The notes under the pieces: model-generated
The model's database searches: none
Told to the model about the DNA's origin: nothing
The model's input: the letters and a program-made list of their open reading frames with translations, nothing else
In this document: in pieces, positions 49,796 through 59,348 of the stretch
How the letters are laid out: the number at the start of each line of letters is the position of its first letter
Position numbering within the stretch: the stretch's first letter is position 1
Position numbers and translations under genes: made by a program
NCBI GenBank assembly: GCA_913061095.1
Contig: CAJXVM010000015.1
Span: 8,870 to 72,869 of the forward strand
Reading direction: 5' to 3'
DNA: 64,000 nt
Source: an uncultured Ignavibacteria bacterium
GTDB taxonomy: Bacteria > Bacteroidota > Ignavibacteria > SZUA-365

Positions 49796-52043
49796 GAAAC
49801 TCAGTCTCCCGGTGGAGGGCATGACCTGCGCGAGCTGTGTGCTGCGTGTGGAGAATGCGCTCAAAGACGTGCCCGGCGTTCAGGCGGCGACGGTCAATCT
49901 TGCCTCGAGCAAGGCGAATGTCGAACTGGGAGAGGATGCCGATCTCGACGCAATTCGGGATGCGGTCGGCAGGGCCGGGTACGCGCTTGAACTTCCGTCG
50001 AGCGCCTCCACCGGCACTGTGGATGAACGCGCGGGCGGCGAGGCGCTCGAAGACGTCGCCGGATCTCCGCACGCCGAGGAATTCCGGCGGCTGCGTCGTG
50101 ATCTTATCGCCGCCGCGGCACTGACGCTCCCCGTCATGCTGCTGAGCATGCTGCCGATGATTCCCTCCGTGGCCGCGGCCTGGCCTCTGTCCACACCGGA
50201 TACCAACCGTCTGCTCTTCCTCCTGACAACGCCGGTCCTTCTGTATCCCGGGCGCCGCTTTTTCAGTGCTGCCTGGACCATGCTGCGGCACCGCACGGCC
50301 GACATGAACACGCTGGTCGCCGTAGGTACGGGCGCTGCCTGGCTGTACAGTACCGCCGCCGTGCTGTTCCCGCACTGGCTGGGACTGCAGGAGGGACACA
50401 CCGAAGTGTATTTCGATACATCCGCTACGATCATCACGCTCATTCTTCTGGGACGCATGCTCGAAGCGCGCGCGAAGAACCGCGCCACCGACGCGATCCG
50501 GAAACTGGTCGGACTGCAGCCGCGCACCGCCCGCGTTCGCCGCGACGGTGAGGAATTGGAAATCCCGACACGCGACGTGCGCGAAGGCGATGTCATGCTG
50601 ATCCGTCCGGGAGAGCGTGTGCCGGTTGACGGAACCATCACCGGCGGCAGTTCTTCGGTTGATGAATCGATGATCAGCGGGGAGCCGCTTCCCGTGGCGA
50701 AGGGCGAAGGTGACGCACTCGTCGGCGGTACGGTCAACCAGGAGGGCAGCCTCGTGATCGAAGCCACAGCCGTCGGGGCCGACACCGTGCTCGGTCACAT
50801 CGTGCGCATGGTGGATGAGGCGCAGGGTTCGAAGGCCCCGGTGCAGCGACTGGTGGATAAAATCGCCGCGGTGTTCGTCCCCGCAGTCGTCGCTCTGGCC
50901 ATCCTCACGTTTCTCATCTGGTATTTCGGAGGACAGGCATCCTTCACCGCATCGATGCTGCATTTCATTGCGGTACTCATTATCGCCTGTCCCTGTGCGC
51001 TCGGACTCGCCACACCAGCCGCCATCATGGTGGGCGTGGGTGTCGGTGCGGATCGTGGCATTCTCATCAAGGATGCCGAGAGTCTCGAGCGCGCACGCAG
51101 CGTGGACGCCGTGATCCTCGACAAGACCGGTACTGTAACAGAGGGACGTCCCACCGTCACGGATGTCCTTCCGCTGGGCGACTGCACGCGTGAGCGCCTG
51201 CTCGAGCTGGCTGCCGCTGCGGAATATCCGTCCGAGCACCCGCTCGGCGAGGCCGTGCTGCGCTTTGCGCGCGGGGAGGAATGCGAAATCCGCGAACCGG
51301 AATCCTTCCAGTACGAGCCCGGTGCCGGCGTGACGGCCTTTATCGACGGTGATGCCGTGCAGGTGGGCAATGAGGCGTTGATGGCTTCATACGCCGTGAA
51401 GCTCACGGAAGAAGACGAACGGGTGAGCAAGATGGTGCGGCGCGGCAGCACACTGCTGTATGTCGCGCTCAACGGACGCCTGATCGGTCTGCTCGCCGTC
51501 AGTGATACGGTGCGCGAGACATCGGTGCGTGCCATCGAGGAACTGCATCGTCAGGGAATTGACGTCATCATGCTGACGGGAGACACCGAGGACGCAGCGC
51601 GTGAGATCGCCGGACGCGTGGGGATCGACCGCGTCATAGCGGGTGTGCGTCCTGATCAGAAAGCGGCGGAAGTGCGTCGACTGCAGGAGGAAGGCCGGCG
51701 TGTGGCGATGGTGGGAGACGGCATCAACGATGCGCCGGCACTGGCGCAGGCGGATGTCAGCATCGCCATGGGCAGCGGCACGGATATCGCTATGGAGACA
51801 GCCGACATCACGCTGATGAAAAGTGATCTGCGCGGCGTGCCCGAGGCTATGCGGCTGTCCGGGGCCACGCTGCGCAAAATCAGGCAGAACCTGTTCTGGG
51901 CGTTCATCTACAATGTCATCGGTATCCCGCTGGCCGCGGTCGGTATGCTCAGTCCCATGTTCGCCGCGGCGGCGATGGCCTTCAGCTCCGTGAGCGTCGT
52001 TTCCAATTCTCTCCTCCTCCGGCGTTTCCGCTCCGCCGCATGA
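49788..52043 (+). CDS. copA: Cu(I)-translocating P1B-type ATPase
   Basis: [32 protein letters not shown] and MAFSS motifs. Confidence 0.95.
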   Translation: MNRKLSLPVEGMTCASCVLRVENALKDVPGVQAATVNLASSKANVELGEDADLDAIRDAVGRAGYALELPSSASTGTVDERAGGEALEDVAGSPHAEEFRRLRRDLIAAAALTLPVMLLSMLPMIPSVAAAWPLSTPDTNRLLFLLTTPVLLYPGRRFFSAAWTMLRHRTADMNTLVAVGTGAAWLYSTAAVLFPHWLGLQEGHTEVYFDTSATIITLILLGRMLEARAKNRATDAIRKLVGLQPRTARVRRDGEELEIPTRDVREGDVMLIRPGERVPVDGTITGGSSSVDESMISGEPLPVAKGEGDALVGGTVNQEGSLVIEATAVGADTVLGHIVRMVDEAQGSKAPVQRLVDKIAAVFVPAVVALAILTFLIWYFGGQASFTASMLHFIAVLIIACPCALGLATPAAIMVGVGVGADRGILIKDAESLERARSVDAVILDKTGTVTEGRPTVTDVLPLGDCTRERLLELAAAAEYPSEHPLGEAVLRFARGEECEIREPESFQYEPGAGVTAFIDGDAVQVGNEALMASYAVKLTEEDERVSKMVRRGSTLLYVALNGRLIGLLAVSDTVRETSVRAIEELHRQGIDVIMLTGDTEDAAREIAGRVGIDRVIAGVRPDQKAAEVRRLQEEGRRVAMVGDGINDAPALAQADVSIAMGSGTDIAMETADITLMKSDLRGVPEAMRLSGATLRKIRQNLFWAFIYNVIGIPLAAVGMLSPMFAAAAMAFSSVSVVSNSLLLRRFRSAA

Positions 52044-52133
52044 GGCTTGCGGAATCCTTCCGTTCTGACATCCCCCCGAAAAGAAAGAGCGATCCATCGG
52101 ATCGCCCCATCCCGGTTACGAACAGGATCACGG

Positions 52134-54860
52134 CTATTTCGAATTCCCGGCTGCTGACGCGTCCCATCGCCGGACAAGCAGCTTTTTCAGTTCGATCAGC
52201 AGCACGATGCTCATCGACGTGCCGATGCAGATCAGCCATTCCTGCAGGTTCAGCGGCACGGCGCGCAGCAGTGTGTTGAGTCCGGGCACGTGGATGGCCG
52301 CGGCCTGCAGCGACAGCGAGACGAACATCACGATCAGCAGTGGTTTGTTCGCGAATACGCCGATTTCGAACAGCGAGGAGTGGACGGCGCGGGAATTGTG
52401 GACGTTCCAGATCTGGAACAGCGCGAGTGTCACAAAGGCCATGCTGCGCGCTTTTTCCAGAGGGAAGCCCTGCAGCTCAGGGGCGAGAACGCCGTAGCCG
52501 TAGGTCGCCAGTGCCCACTTGTACACCCCAAGCGTCCCGAGCATCATGATGATGCCCGCGAAGATGATCGTGAACAGCATCTCCTTGGGGACGAGTCCGG
52601 CATTCGGCGGACGCGGCGGACGCTTCATGACGTCGCCATGTTCCTTTTCATACGCCAGCGGGAAGGTGGAAATGCCGTCAGTAACGAGATTGATCCACAG
52701 GAGCTGGGCGGGAAGCAGCGGCAGCGGCATGCCGGCAAGAATGGAGGCAGTCAATGTGAGCACGCCGCCGAAACTGGTACTCAGGATGAAAAGAATGATG
52801 TGGCGCAGGTTGTCGAAAATGACGCGTCCGTAGCGCACCGCGGCGGCGATGGATGCAAAGCTGTTGTCCATCACCACCATGCTCGACGCCTCCTTGGCCA
52901 CGTCCGTTCCGGCGCCCATGGCCACGCCGATGTTGGCCGCCTTGAGTGCGGGCGCGTCGTTGACGCCGTCACCGGTCATGGTGACGATGTGACGGCGCTT
53001 CTGCAGCTGCTTGACGATGCGCAGTTTGTGCATGGGTGAGACGCGCGCGTAGACTTCGGTCATGTCACTGAGTGCGCGCAGGCGTTTGTCACTCAGCTTT
53101 TCCAGTTCCGCGCCGGTGAGGACGTCGATCTGCTCATCGTCGAGGCGCAGCTCTTCGGCGATGGCCCTGGCCGTTTCGCGGTGATCACCGGTGATCATGA
53201 TCACCTTGATACCCGCCGTCTTGCACGCGGCGATCGCCTGTTTCGCGGCTTCGCGCGGAGGATCGTACATGCCCTGCAGTCCGGCAAACACACAGCCGTG
53301 GTACACACTGTCGTCCGTGACTTTTTCGTCTTCACCGAGCTCCTTCCAGGCGAACGCGATCACGCGCAGGGCCTTCGACGAGAGGTCTGCGACGCGGTCC
53401 TTCACCCGCTTTTCATCGAGACCGGTGATGCCGTCGGCGGTCTGCATGCGGTCGCACATGGCGAGAATGCGCTCGGTGGATCCCTTGACCAGCAGGAGTT
53501 TTTTTCCGTCCTCGCGCACCGTGACGGCCATGTACTGCAGCTCCGATTCAAAGGGACGGATGTTCACGATCGGATGATTGTCACGCAGCTCCCGCAGGTT
53601 CCACCCGGCCTTTCCGGCGCTGGCGAGCAGGGCGCCCTCGGTGGGATCGCCCACGAGCTTCACTTCGCCGTTTCGGCGCTCCAGGCGTGACTCGGTGCAG
53701 AGCGCGCCGATCAGAAGCGTGCGGCCCAGCGCACTGTCCGGCGCGGGACGCTCCACGCGATAATCCCCCAGAGTGATTTCACCCTCGGTTGCGTAACCGA
53801 GTCCGCTCACCGTGTACACGCTGTCGGCCGCCACGATGCGTGTGACCGTCATGGCGTTTTCGGTCAGCGTGCCGGTTTTATCGGTGCAGATTACGGTGGT
53901 GCTGCCGAGTGTCTCGACCGCGGCGAGCTTGCGGATGATGGCGTTTTTCTTTGCCATGGCGTACACGCCGATCGACAGCGCGACGGTAACGGAGACGGGG
54001 AGTCCCTCGGGGATCGCGGAGACCGCGAGTCCCACAGCCGTGAGGAACATCTGCAGGAGGGAATTGCCCTGCAGCCATCCAGCCAGAAAGATGATGCCGA
54101 TGGCGATGCCGATGGCCATGCTGAGCTTCTTGCCGAATTTTTCCAGCCGTTGCTGAAGGGGAGACATGGTCTCTTCGGCCTCGATGATATTGCGCGTAAT
54201 CTGGCCGAGTTCGGTGTGCGTGCCGACAGCCACAACGATGCCCTTGCCGCGTCCCCGCTGCACGACCGTGCCGGAGTAAATCATGTTGAGGCGGTCGCCG
54301 AGCGCGGCGTCCTCCTCGATATCCACCTCGGCCCGCTTGGTGACGGGCAGGCTCTCGCCGGTGAGCATGGACTCATCGATCACCAGCTCCTGCGTTTCGA
54401 TCAGCCGGATGTCGGCGGGTACCTTGGTGCCGGATTCCACGTACACGATATCGCCGCAGACGAGCTCGGTTGAGGAGAGGGTCTCCTGTGTACCGTCGCG
54501 AAACACGCGGGCGGACGGGGAGGTCAGGTCCTTGAGCGCGCGCAGAGCCGCCTCGGCTTTTGTCTCCTGGTAGTATCCGATCAGGGTGTTGACGATGACC
54601 ACGACGAAAATGACGATGGAATCGACCGGATCGGCGAGGATGGCGGTCAGGATTGCCGCCACGAGCAGGATGTATATGATCGGATTGTTGATCTGCTCGA
54701 GCAGGACTTTCCACCACGGTTTGCGTTTTTCTCGCGGCAGTTCGTTCGCGCCATGCTCCTGGCGCGAATGCGCGACCTGTTCCGTATTGAGACCGCTGTC
54801 GAGATCGGATGAGAAGTGCCGGAGGATGTTCTCGGCGGATTGAATATGCCAGTGTGTCAT
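52134..54860 (-). CDS. P2A-type cation (probably Ca2+)-transporting ATPase
   Basis: TGES, IPEGL, DKTGT, GDPTE, TGD, GDGVND and LWINLVTD motifs. Confidence 0.92.
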   Translation of the reverse strand: MTHWHIQSAENILRHFSSDLDSGLNTEQVAHSRQEHGANELPREKRKPWWKVLLEQINNPIIYILLVAAILTAILADPVDSIVIFVVVIVNTLIGYYQETKAEAALRALKDLTSPSARVFRDGTQETLSSTELVCGDIVYVESGTKVPADIRLIETQELVIDESMLTGESLPVTKRAEVDIEEDAALGDRLNMIYSGTVVQRGRGKGIVVAVGTHTELGQITRNIIEAEETMSPLQQRLEKFGKKLSMAIGIAIGIIFLAGWLQGNSLLQMFLTAVGLAVSAIPEGLPVSVTVALSIGVYAMAKKNAIIRKLAAVETLGSTTVICTDKTGTLTENAMTVTRIVAADSVYTVSGLGYATEGEITLGDYRVERPAPDSALGRTLLIGALCTESRLERRNGEVKLVGDPTEGALLASAGKAGWNLRELRDNHPIVNIRPFESELQYMAVTVREDGKKLLLVKGSTERILAMCDRMQTADGITGLDEKRVKDRVADLSSKALRVIAFAWKELGEDEKVTDDSVYHGCVFAGLQGMYDPPREAAKQAIAACKTAGIKVIMITGDHRETARAIAEELRLDDEQIDVLTGAELEKLSDKRLRALSDMTEVYARVSPMHKLRIVKQLQKRRHIVTMTGDGVNDAPALKAANIGVAMGAGTDVAKEASSMVVMDNSFASIAAAVRYGRVIFDNLRHIILFILSTSFGGVLTLTASILAGMPLPLLPAQLLWINLVTDGISTFPLAYEKEHGDVMKRPPRPPNAGLVPKEMLFTIIFAGIIMMLGTLGVYKWALATYGYGVLAPELQGFPLEKARSMAFVTLALFQIWNVHNSRAVHSSLFEIGVFANKPLLIVMFVSLSLQAAAIHVPGLNTLLRAVPLNLQEWLICIGTSMSIVLLIELKKLLVRRWDASAAGNSK

Positions 54861-54976
54861 GCTGTCGCCAAAATTGATACCGCGTACAAAATGCCGGTTT
54901 TTGGTACACGGGCAAAATCCCCCTGCCGCGGGCTTTTCCATTGTCGCAAGTGCGGACGTTCGGTTATATTCCGTTG

Positions 54977-55759
54977 ATGGATGTTTCGGCTACAATACGA
55001 ACACTGTTGCAGCGGCTTGCCGACGGCGAACTTACGCCTGAGCAGTGCGGCGACCAACTTTCGTCTCTGCAGAGTACTCATCTGCACGTCGGGGATTTCG
55101 CCCGGCTCGATCTCAACCGGCGCGAACGCACGGGCTTTCCCGAAGTGGTATACGCCCCCGGCAAGGCGGAAGAGGAACTGCGCGGCATTGTCACCTCGCT
55201 CATCGAACACGGGCGGTATAACATCCTGGTTTCGCGCCTTGAGAATACGCTCTATGAAGCACTGTGTGATGACACCGTGGCGTCACGCTACTACGTTCGG
55301 TCATCCACGGCCGTGTTCGCCATGCGTCCCCCGGACAGTGGCAGCGGACGCGTGGCCATCGTGACGGCGGGCACTTCGGATCTGGCCGTTGCGGAAGAGG
55401 CCGAGCTGGCCTGCATTTACGCCGGAACGACCGTGGAGCGTTTCGCCGACGTCGGGGTCGCGGGCATCGACCGCCTGCTGGAAGTACTGCCCGACATCGC
55501 GCGAAGCAACGTGTGCATCTGCGTTGCGGGCATGGAGGCGGCGCTGCCGTCAGTGCTGGCCGGGCTGCTGCCCATCCCGGTGATCGGCGTACCGACCTCC
55601 GTCGGGTACGGTGTGAACGAAGGCGGCGTCAACGCGCTGCTCTCTATGCTCGGCAGCTGTGCACCGGGCGTGCTCACGGTCAACATCGACAACGGTATCG
55701 GCGCCGCCGCGGCGGCGCACCGTATCAACAAGCTGCTCGAACGACGCCGTCATGAATGA
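54977..55759 (+). CDS. larB: Nickel-pincer cofactor biosynthesis carboxylase/hydrolase LarB
   Basis: TGFPEV...GK, AGTSD, DVGVAG, AGME, PTSVGYG and VNIDNG motifs. Confidence 0.92.
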   Translation: MDVSATIRTLLQRLADGELTPEQCGDQLSSLQSTHLHVGDFARLDLNRRERTGFPEVVYAPGKAEEELRGIVTSLIEHGRYNILVSRLENTLYEALCDDTVASRYYVRSSTAVFAMRPPDSGSGRVAIVTAGTSDLAVAEEAELACIYAGTTVERFADVGVAGIDRLLEVLPDIARSNVCICVAGMEAALPSVLAGLLPIPVIGVPTSVGYGVNEGGVNALLSMLGSCAPGVLTVNIDNGIGAAAAAHRINKLLERRRHE

Positions 55760-56609
55760 CACCCGCATCACGTATGAATCCCTTCTGAGTGATATTGCCG
55801 CGCTCGGCACGCGGGACGGTGTCAATCTCATCGCGTTTTCCGGCGGTGTGGACAGCAGCCTCGTCGCCAGAGCGGTATTCGATGTCTTCCCGGAAAACAG
55901 CGAAGCCGTCATGGCACTTTCTCCGTCCGTTTCGCGGGCGATGCGGGAGCAGGCGGCAACCATAGCGGCACTGATCGGCATTCCCCTGCGCACCGTGCAG
56001 ACCGCTGAGCATCGCGATCCCACATACATCGCCAACGATGGCATGAGCTGCTACATCTGCAAGACACACATCTACGCGGCGATGATCGCGGTGGAGGAAG
56101 ATGCGGAGCGGCGGCCGGGCCGTGTGGTTCTCTTCAGCGGCAACAACGCTGAAGACATGCAGGATCCAACGCGCGTCGGCATCCGGGCCGCGCGCGAACA
56201 TGCCGTGTGCAGTCCGCTCGAGCGGTTCAGCAAAGCGGACGTGCGCGCGCTTTCGCGCCATGCCGGACTCCCGAACTGGCAGGCGGCTGCGAGCCCCTGC
56301 CTGCGATCCCGTCTCCAGGCCGGGGTTCCCGCAACCGCGGAGCATCTGCACCGCATCGAAGAGGCGGAGAAGCGTCTGCGGCTGCTGTTCGGTCTGGCGG
56401 AGGACGTGAATTTCCGTGTGCGCCAGCTGCCCGGTGACGAAGCCATGGTGGAAATCGACGCGCCGCTGCTCGAGCGCATCGATCTTGCACACTGCCGTGA
56501 TCTGCTTCTGCCGCTCGGCTTCGCGGCGGTCGGGAAACGTGCATTCCGTTCCGGCAGCGTGAGCACCGTGCCTCCCGAGTCATCTCCCCAGCAGGCATCA
56601 TCCTCATGA
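55752..56609 (+). CDS. larE: LarE-family PP-loop ATP-dependent sulfur transferase
   Basis: SGGVDS PP-loop, CYICK and SPCLRSR motifs. Overlaps the end of larB. Confidence 0.85.
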   Translation: MNDTRITYESLLSDIAALGTRDGVNLIAFSGGVDSSLVARAVFDVFPENSEAVMALSPSVSRAMREQAATIAALIGIPLRTVQTAEHRDPTYIANDGMSCYICKTHIYAAMIAVEEDAERRPGRVVLFSGNNAEDMQDPTRVGIRAAREHAVCSPLERFSKADVRALSRHAGLPNWQAAASPCLRSRLQAGVPATAEHLHRIEEAEKRLRLLFGLAEDVNFRVRQLPGDEAMVEIDAPLLERIDLAHCRDLLLPLGFAAVGKRAFRSGSVSTVPPESSPQQASSS

Positions 56610-57586
56610 ATCTTTCATTGCTGCTCGCACAGAAGGATATCTGCATACTCGACGGTGCGATGGGCACGGAACTGCATCGGCAGGGCGTTGACATCGGTTT
56701 GCCGCTGTGGTCGGCAAATGCCCTCATCCGCGCACCACATACCGTCCGCAACGTGCACTTTGCGTATCTGAATGCCGGTGCCGACATCCTGACAACGAAT
56801 ACCTTCCGCACGAATATCCGCGTGCTGAAGCGTGCCGGATTCAGCGACCGCTCTGAGGAACTCAACCTGCGCGCGATGGAACTGGCCTTCGAGGCGCGTG
56901 AGCGCTATCGTCCCGCCCGGCCCGTGCTGATCGCGGGCGGACTCGCTCCGGTGGAGGACAGCTACAGTCCCGAACTGGTACCCTCCGCCGCGGAACTGCG
57001 CGAGGAACACGGCAGGCAGGCGGAACTGCTCGCCATGTTCGGCGCGGACATCCTGCTCGCCGAGACACTGATGACCATTCGTGAAGCGGAAGCGGCCGCG
57101 GCGGCATGCGCTGCGACGGGGAAGGAATACGCGGTCAGTTTCGTCTGCCGCTCCGACGGCACCCTGCTGTCGGGTGAGCCGCTCGAGGAAGCGGTCGCGG
57201 CTGTTCGCGTGCACGGTCCTGCCGCGCTGCTCGTGAACTGCACCTCTGCCCAGGACATTGCCGTGGCGCATCGCGCACTGCGCGGCGCGGGATTCGGCGT
57301 CACCGGCTGTTACGCCAACACCGGCACGCCGAAAAAAGGCGAGCACGTTCAGACACAGCATGATGTCACTCCGGAGGAATTCGCCGATCATTCGCAGGAA
57401 TGGGTTACCGACGGCGCACGCATTGTCGGCGGCTGCTGCGGCACGACTCCGGAGCATATCGAACTGCTTACGCGCCTGCATGCACCCGGCACACTTCGTT
57501 TCCAGGACGAGGAAATCGCCGCATGGAAAGACGCTCGTGCCCGCCGATGGCAGAATATTCATTCGAAACAGAATCCGGATCTATGA
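56606..57586 (+). CDS. Homocysteine S-methyltransferase family protein
   Basis: [21 protein letters not shown] and GGCCGT Zn-binding motifs. ATGA overlap with larE. Confidence 0.92.
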   Translation: MNLSLLLAQKDICILDGAMGTELHRQGVDIGLPLWSANALIRAPHTVRNVHFAYLNAGADILTTNTFRTNIRVLKRAGFSDRSEELNLRAMELAFEARERYRPARPVLIAGGLAPVEDSYSPELVPSAAELREEHGRQAELLAMFGADILLAETLMTIREAEAAAAACAATGKEYAVSFVCRSDGTLLSGEPLEEAVAAVRVHGPAALLVNCTSAQDIAVAHRALRGAGFGVTGCYANTGTPKKGEHVQTQHDVTPEEFADHSQEWVTDGARIVGGCCGTTPEHIELLTRLHAPGTLRFQDEEIAAWKDARARRWQNIHSKQNPDL

Positions 57587-59250
57587 AACTCTCCGCTCAC
57601 CTTCGGTACCTTTTTGTCATGCTGCTGTGCAGCCTGCCGCTGCGGGATGCAGCGGCGCAGGTGAAAGAGGCTCCCCCCGTCACGCCGCGCACATGGATTC
57701 TGACGCTCGAGGGCGCGGCCACCAAATTGCTGGACGACTTTTCCGACACGCGTTTTTCCAACGGCGGCGGTTTCTCGCTGCGGCATCATCTCCGCGATCT
57801 CGGCCACGGCCGCGGCGCGCTGTACCTGCGCGGCGGAATCGGTTTCTACGATCTGCAGTGGAAAGCGGATGGCAGGATGGTACGGTATTTCGACACGGCG
57901 ACGGTCGGACTCAACGACGTCAACCGCAGCTTTGTCATGCCGTTTTTCGCTGAAGTGCTGTGGCGTGCGCACATCGGCACGGAGGCGGAGCTCTTTCTCG
58001 GGGGTGGCCTCGAACTGACGTATTATTCGCCGATGAACCGCAACGGGGACGGCCTGCCGAAACCGCAGAACGATTACGGCAAATGGACCGCCGGCATCCC
58101 GCTTACGGCCATGTTCGACTACATGCTCACGGATCATTTTTCGCTGACTTTCCACGCGACCCTCCATCCCACCTTCACCGATTATCTCGACGGATTCTCC
58201 GCCGGCGACTGGGCAGATTCCTACCTTACAGCCGGCATCGGGTTCACCTACGCCTTTCCCGAACCGGACCGCGATCGTGATTTTGACGGACTGCTCGACA
58301 GGGAGGAGCGGGATTTCTATCGCAGCGACCCGCACAATGACGATACGGACGGCGACGGACTGCGCGACGGCGATGAAGTTCGAATCGGCACCGCGCCGCT
58401 GTTTGCCGATACCGACGGTGACGGCATCCGCGATGGTGAGGAGGTGCACCACTACGGCAGTGATCCGCTGAAAAAGGATACGGATGACGACGGACTTTCG
58501 GACAGTGAGGAGGCGATACACGGCACCAGCCTGACACGAAGCGACAGCGACGGCGACGGCCTCAGCGACAGCGTCGAACTGGCGCATGGCACGGATCCAC
58601 AGCATGTCGATACCGACGGCGACGGCCTGCCAGACGGACTCGAGAATCGCTCAAGTCCGCTGATTCCCGATACCGACGGCGACGGCCTTTCGGATGCCGA
58701 GGAGTCGGCGTGGGGGCTGCGTGCCTTCGACGAGGACTTCGATGCGGACGGGCTTTTCGACCGGGCGGAGATCCACTACGGCACCGATCCGAAAAAGCCG
58801 GATACGGACAGTGACGGAGCGACGGACTACAGCGAGATCTTCGAGCTCATGACAGACCCGCGCAATCCCGACAGCGACGGCGACGGCACGCCTGACGGCA
58901 CGGATCCGACACCGGTCGATCGTTCCTCCTTCAATCCGGCGCAACGCATGACCTGGGCCTTTCTCGAGCTGTTTGTGCGCGAGAACGCGGTAGATGAGAG
59001 CTCGAAATCATTCATCCAGATGCTGCACCTGATACGCAGCGCGCCGCGCCAGCAGGTGTTCGAGATCGAGATCGAGATCTACGGCCGCGACATGGCCGAG
59101 GCGCGCAACCGGCGCAGCGAACTCGAAGATTTCCTGCGGAAAATGACGGGCAGCTGGGATGTTCCGCACATCACGCTGTTCGAAAGCGTGGAGAACACAT
59201 TTTACGATGCGCGTCTGCGGTACATCTGGAATAACGGTCTGTCGCGGTAA
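57583..59250 (+). CDS. Outer-membrane beta-barrel-like protein with bacterial thrombospondin type 3 (DxDxDG) repeats and a degenerate OmpA-like tail
   Basis: Signal peptide, amphipathic beta-strands ending GFTY, and many D(T/S)DGDGLxDxxE repeats. ATGA overlap with the upstream gene. Confidence 0.8.
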   Translation: MKLSAHLRYLFVMLLCSLPLRDAAAQVKEAPPVTPRTWILTLEGAATKLLDDFSDTRFSNGGGFSLRHHLRDLGHGRGALYLRGGIGFYDLQWKADGRMVRYFDTATVGLNDVNRSFVMPFFAEVLWRAHIGTEAELFLGGGLELTYYSPMNRNGDGLPKPQNDYGKWTAGIPLTAMFDYMLTDHFSLTFHATLHPTFTDYLDGFSAGDWADSYLTAGIGFTYAFPEPDRDRDFDGLLDREERDFYRSDPHNDDTDGDGLRDGDEVRIGTAPLFADTDGDGIRDGEEVHHYGSDPLKKDTDDDGLSDSEEAIHGTSLTRSDSDGDGLSDSVELAHGTDPQHVDTDGDGLPDGLENRSSPLIPDTDGDGLSDAEESAWGLRAFDEDFDADGLFDRAEIHYGTDPKKPDTDSDGATDYSEIFELMTDPRNPDSDGDGTPDGTDPTPVDRSSFNPAQRMTWAFLELFVRENAVDESSKSFIQMLHLIRSAPRQQVFEIEIEIYGRDMAEARNRRSELEDFLRKMTGSWDVPHITLFESVENTFYDARLRYIWNNGLSR

Positions 59251-59348
59251 GCGCGCTGGGGAGGGAAGAAGGCCCTGCTGTCAGGGCGGGTGTGAGGGAT
59301 GCGGAGGTAGGTTGGGTGAAACGGGAAGGAACGCCCGGGGTGACAGGA

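Noticed and set aside
46410-59250. Horizontally acquired metal-resistance island
   Set aside because: Metal-related genes cluster here, but I see no mobility genes, flanking repeats or evident composition shift.
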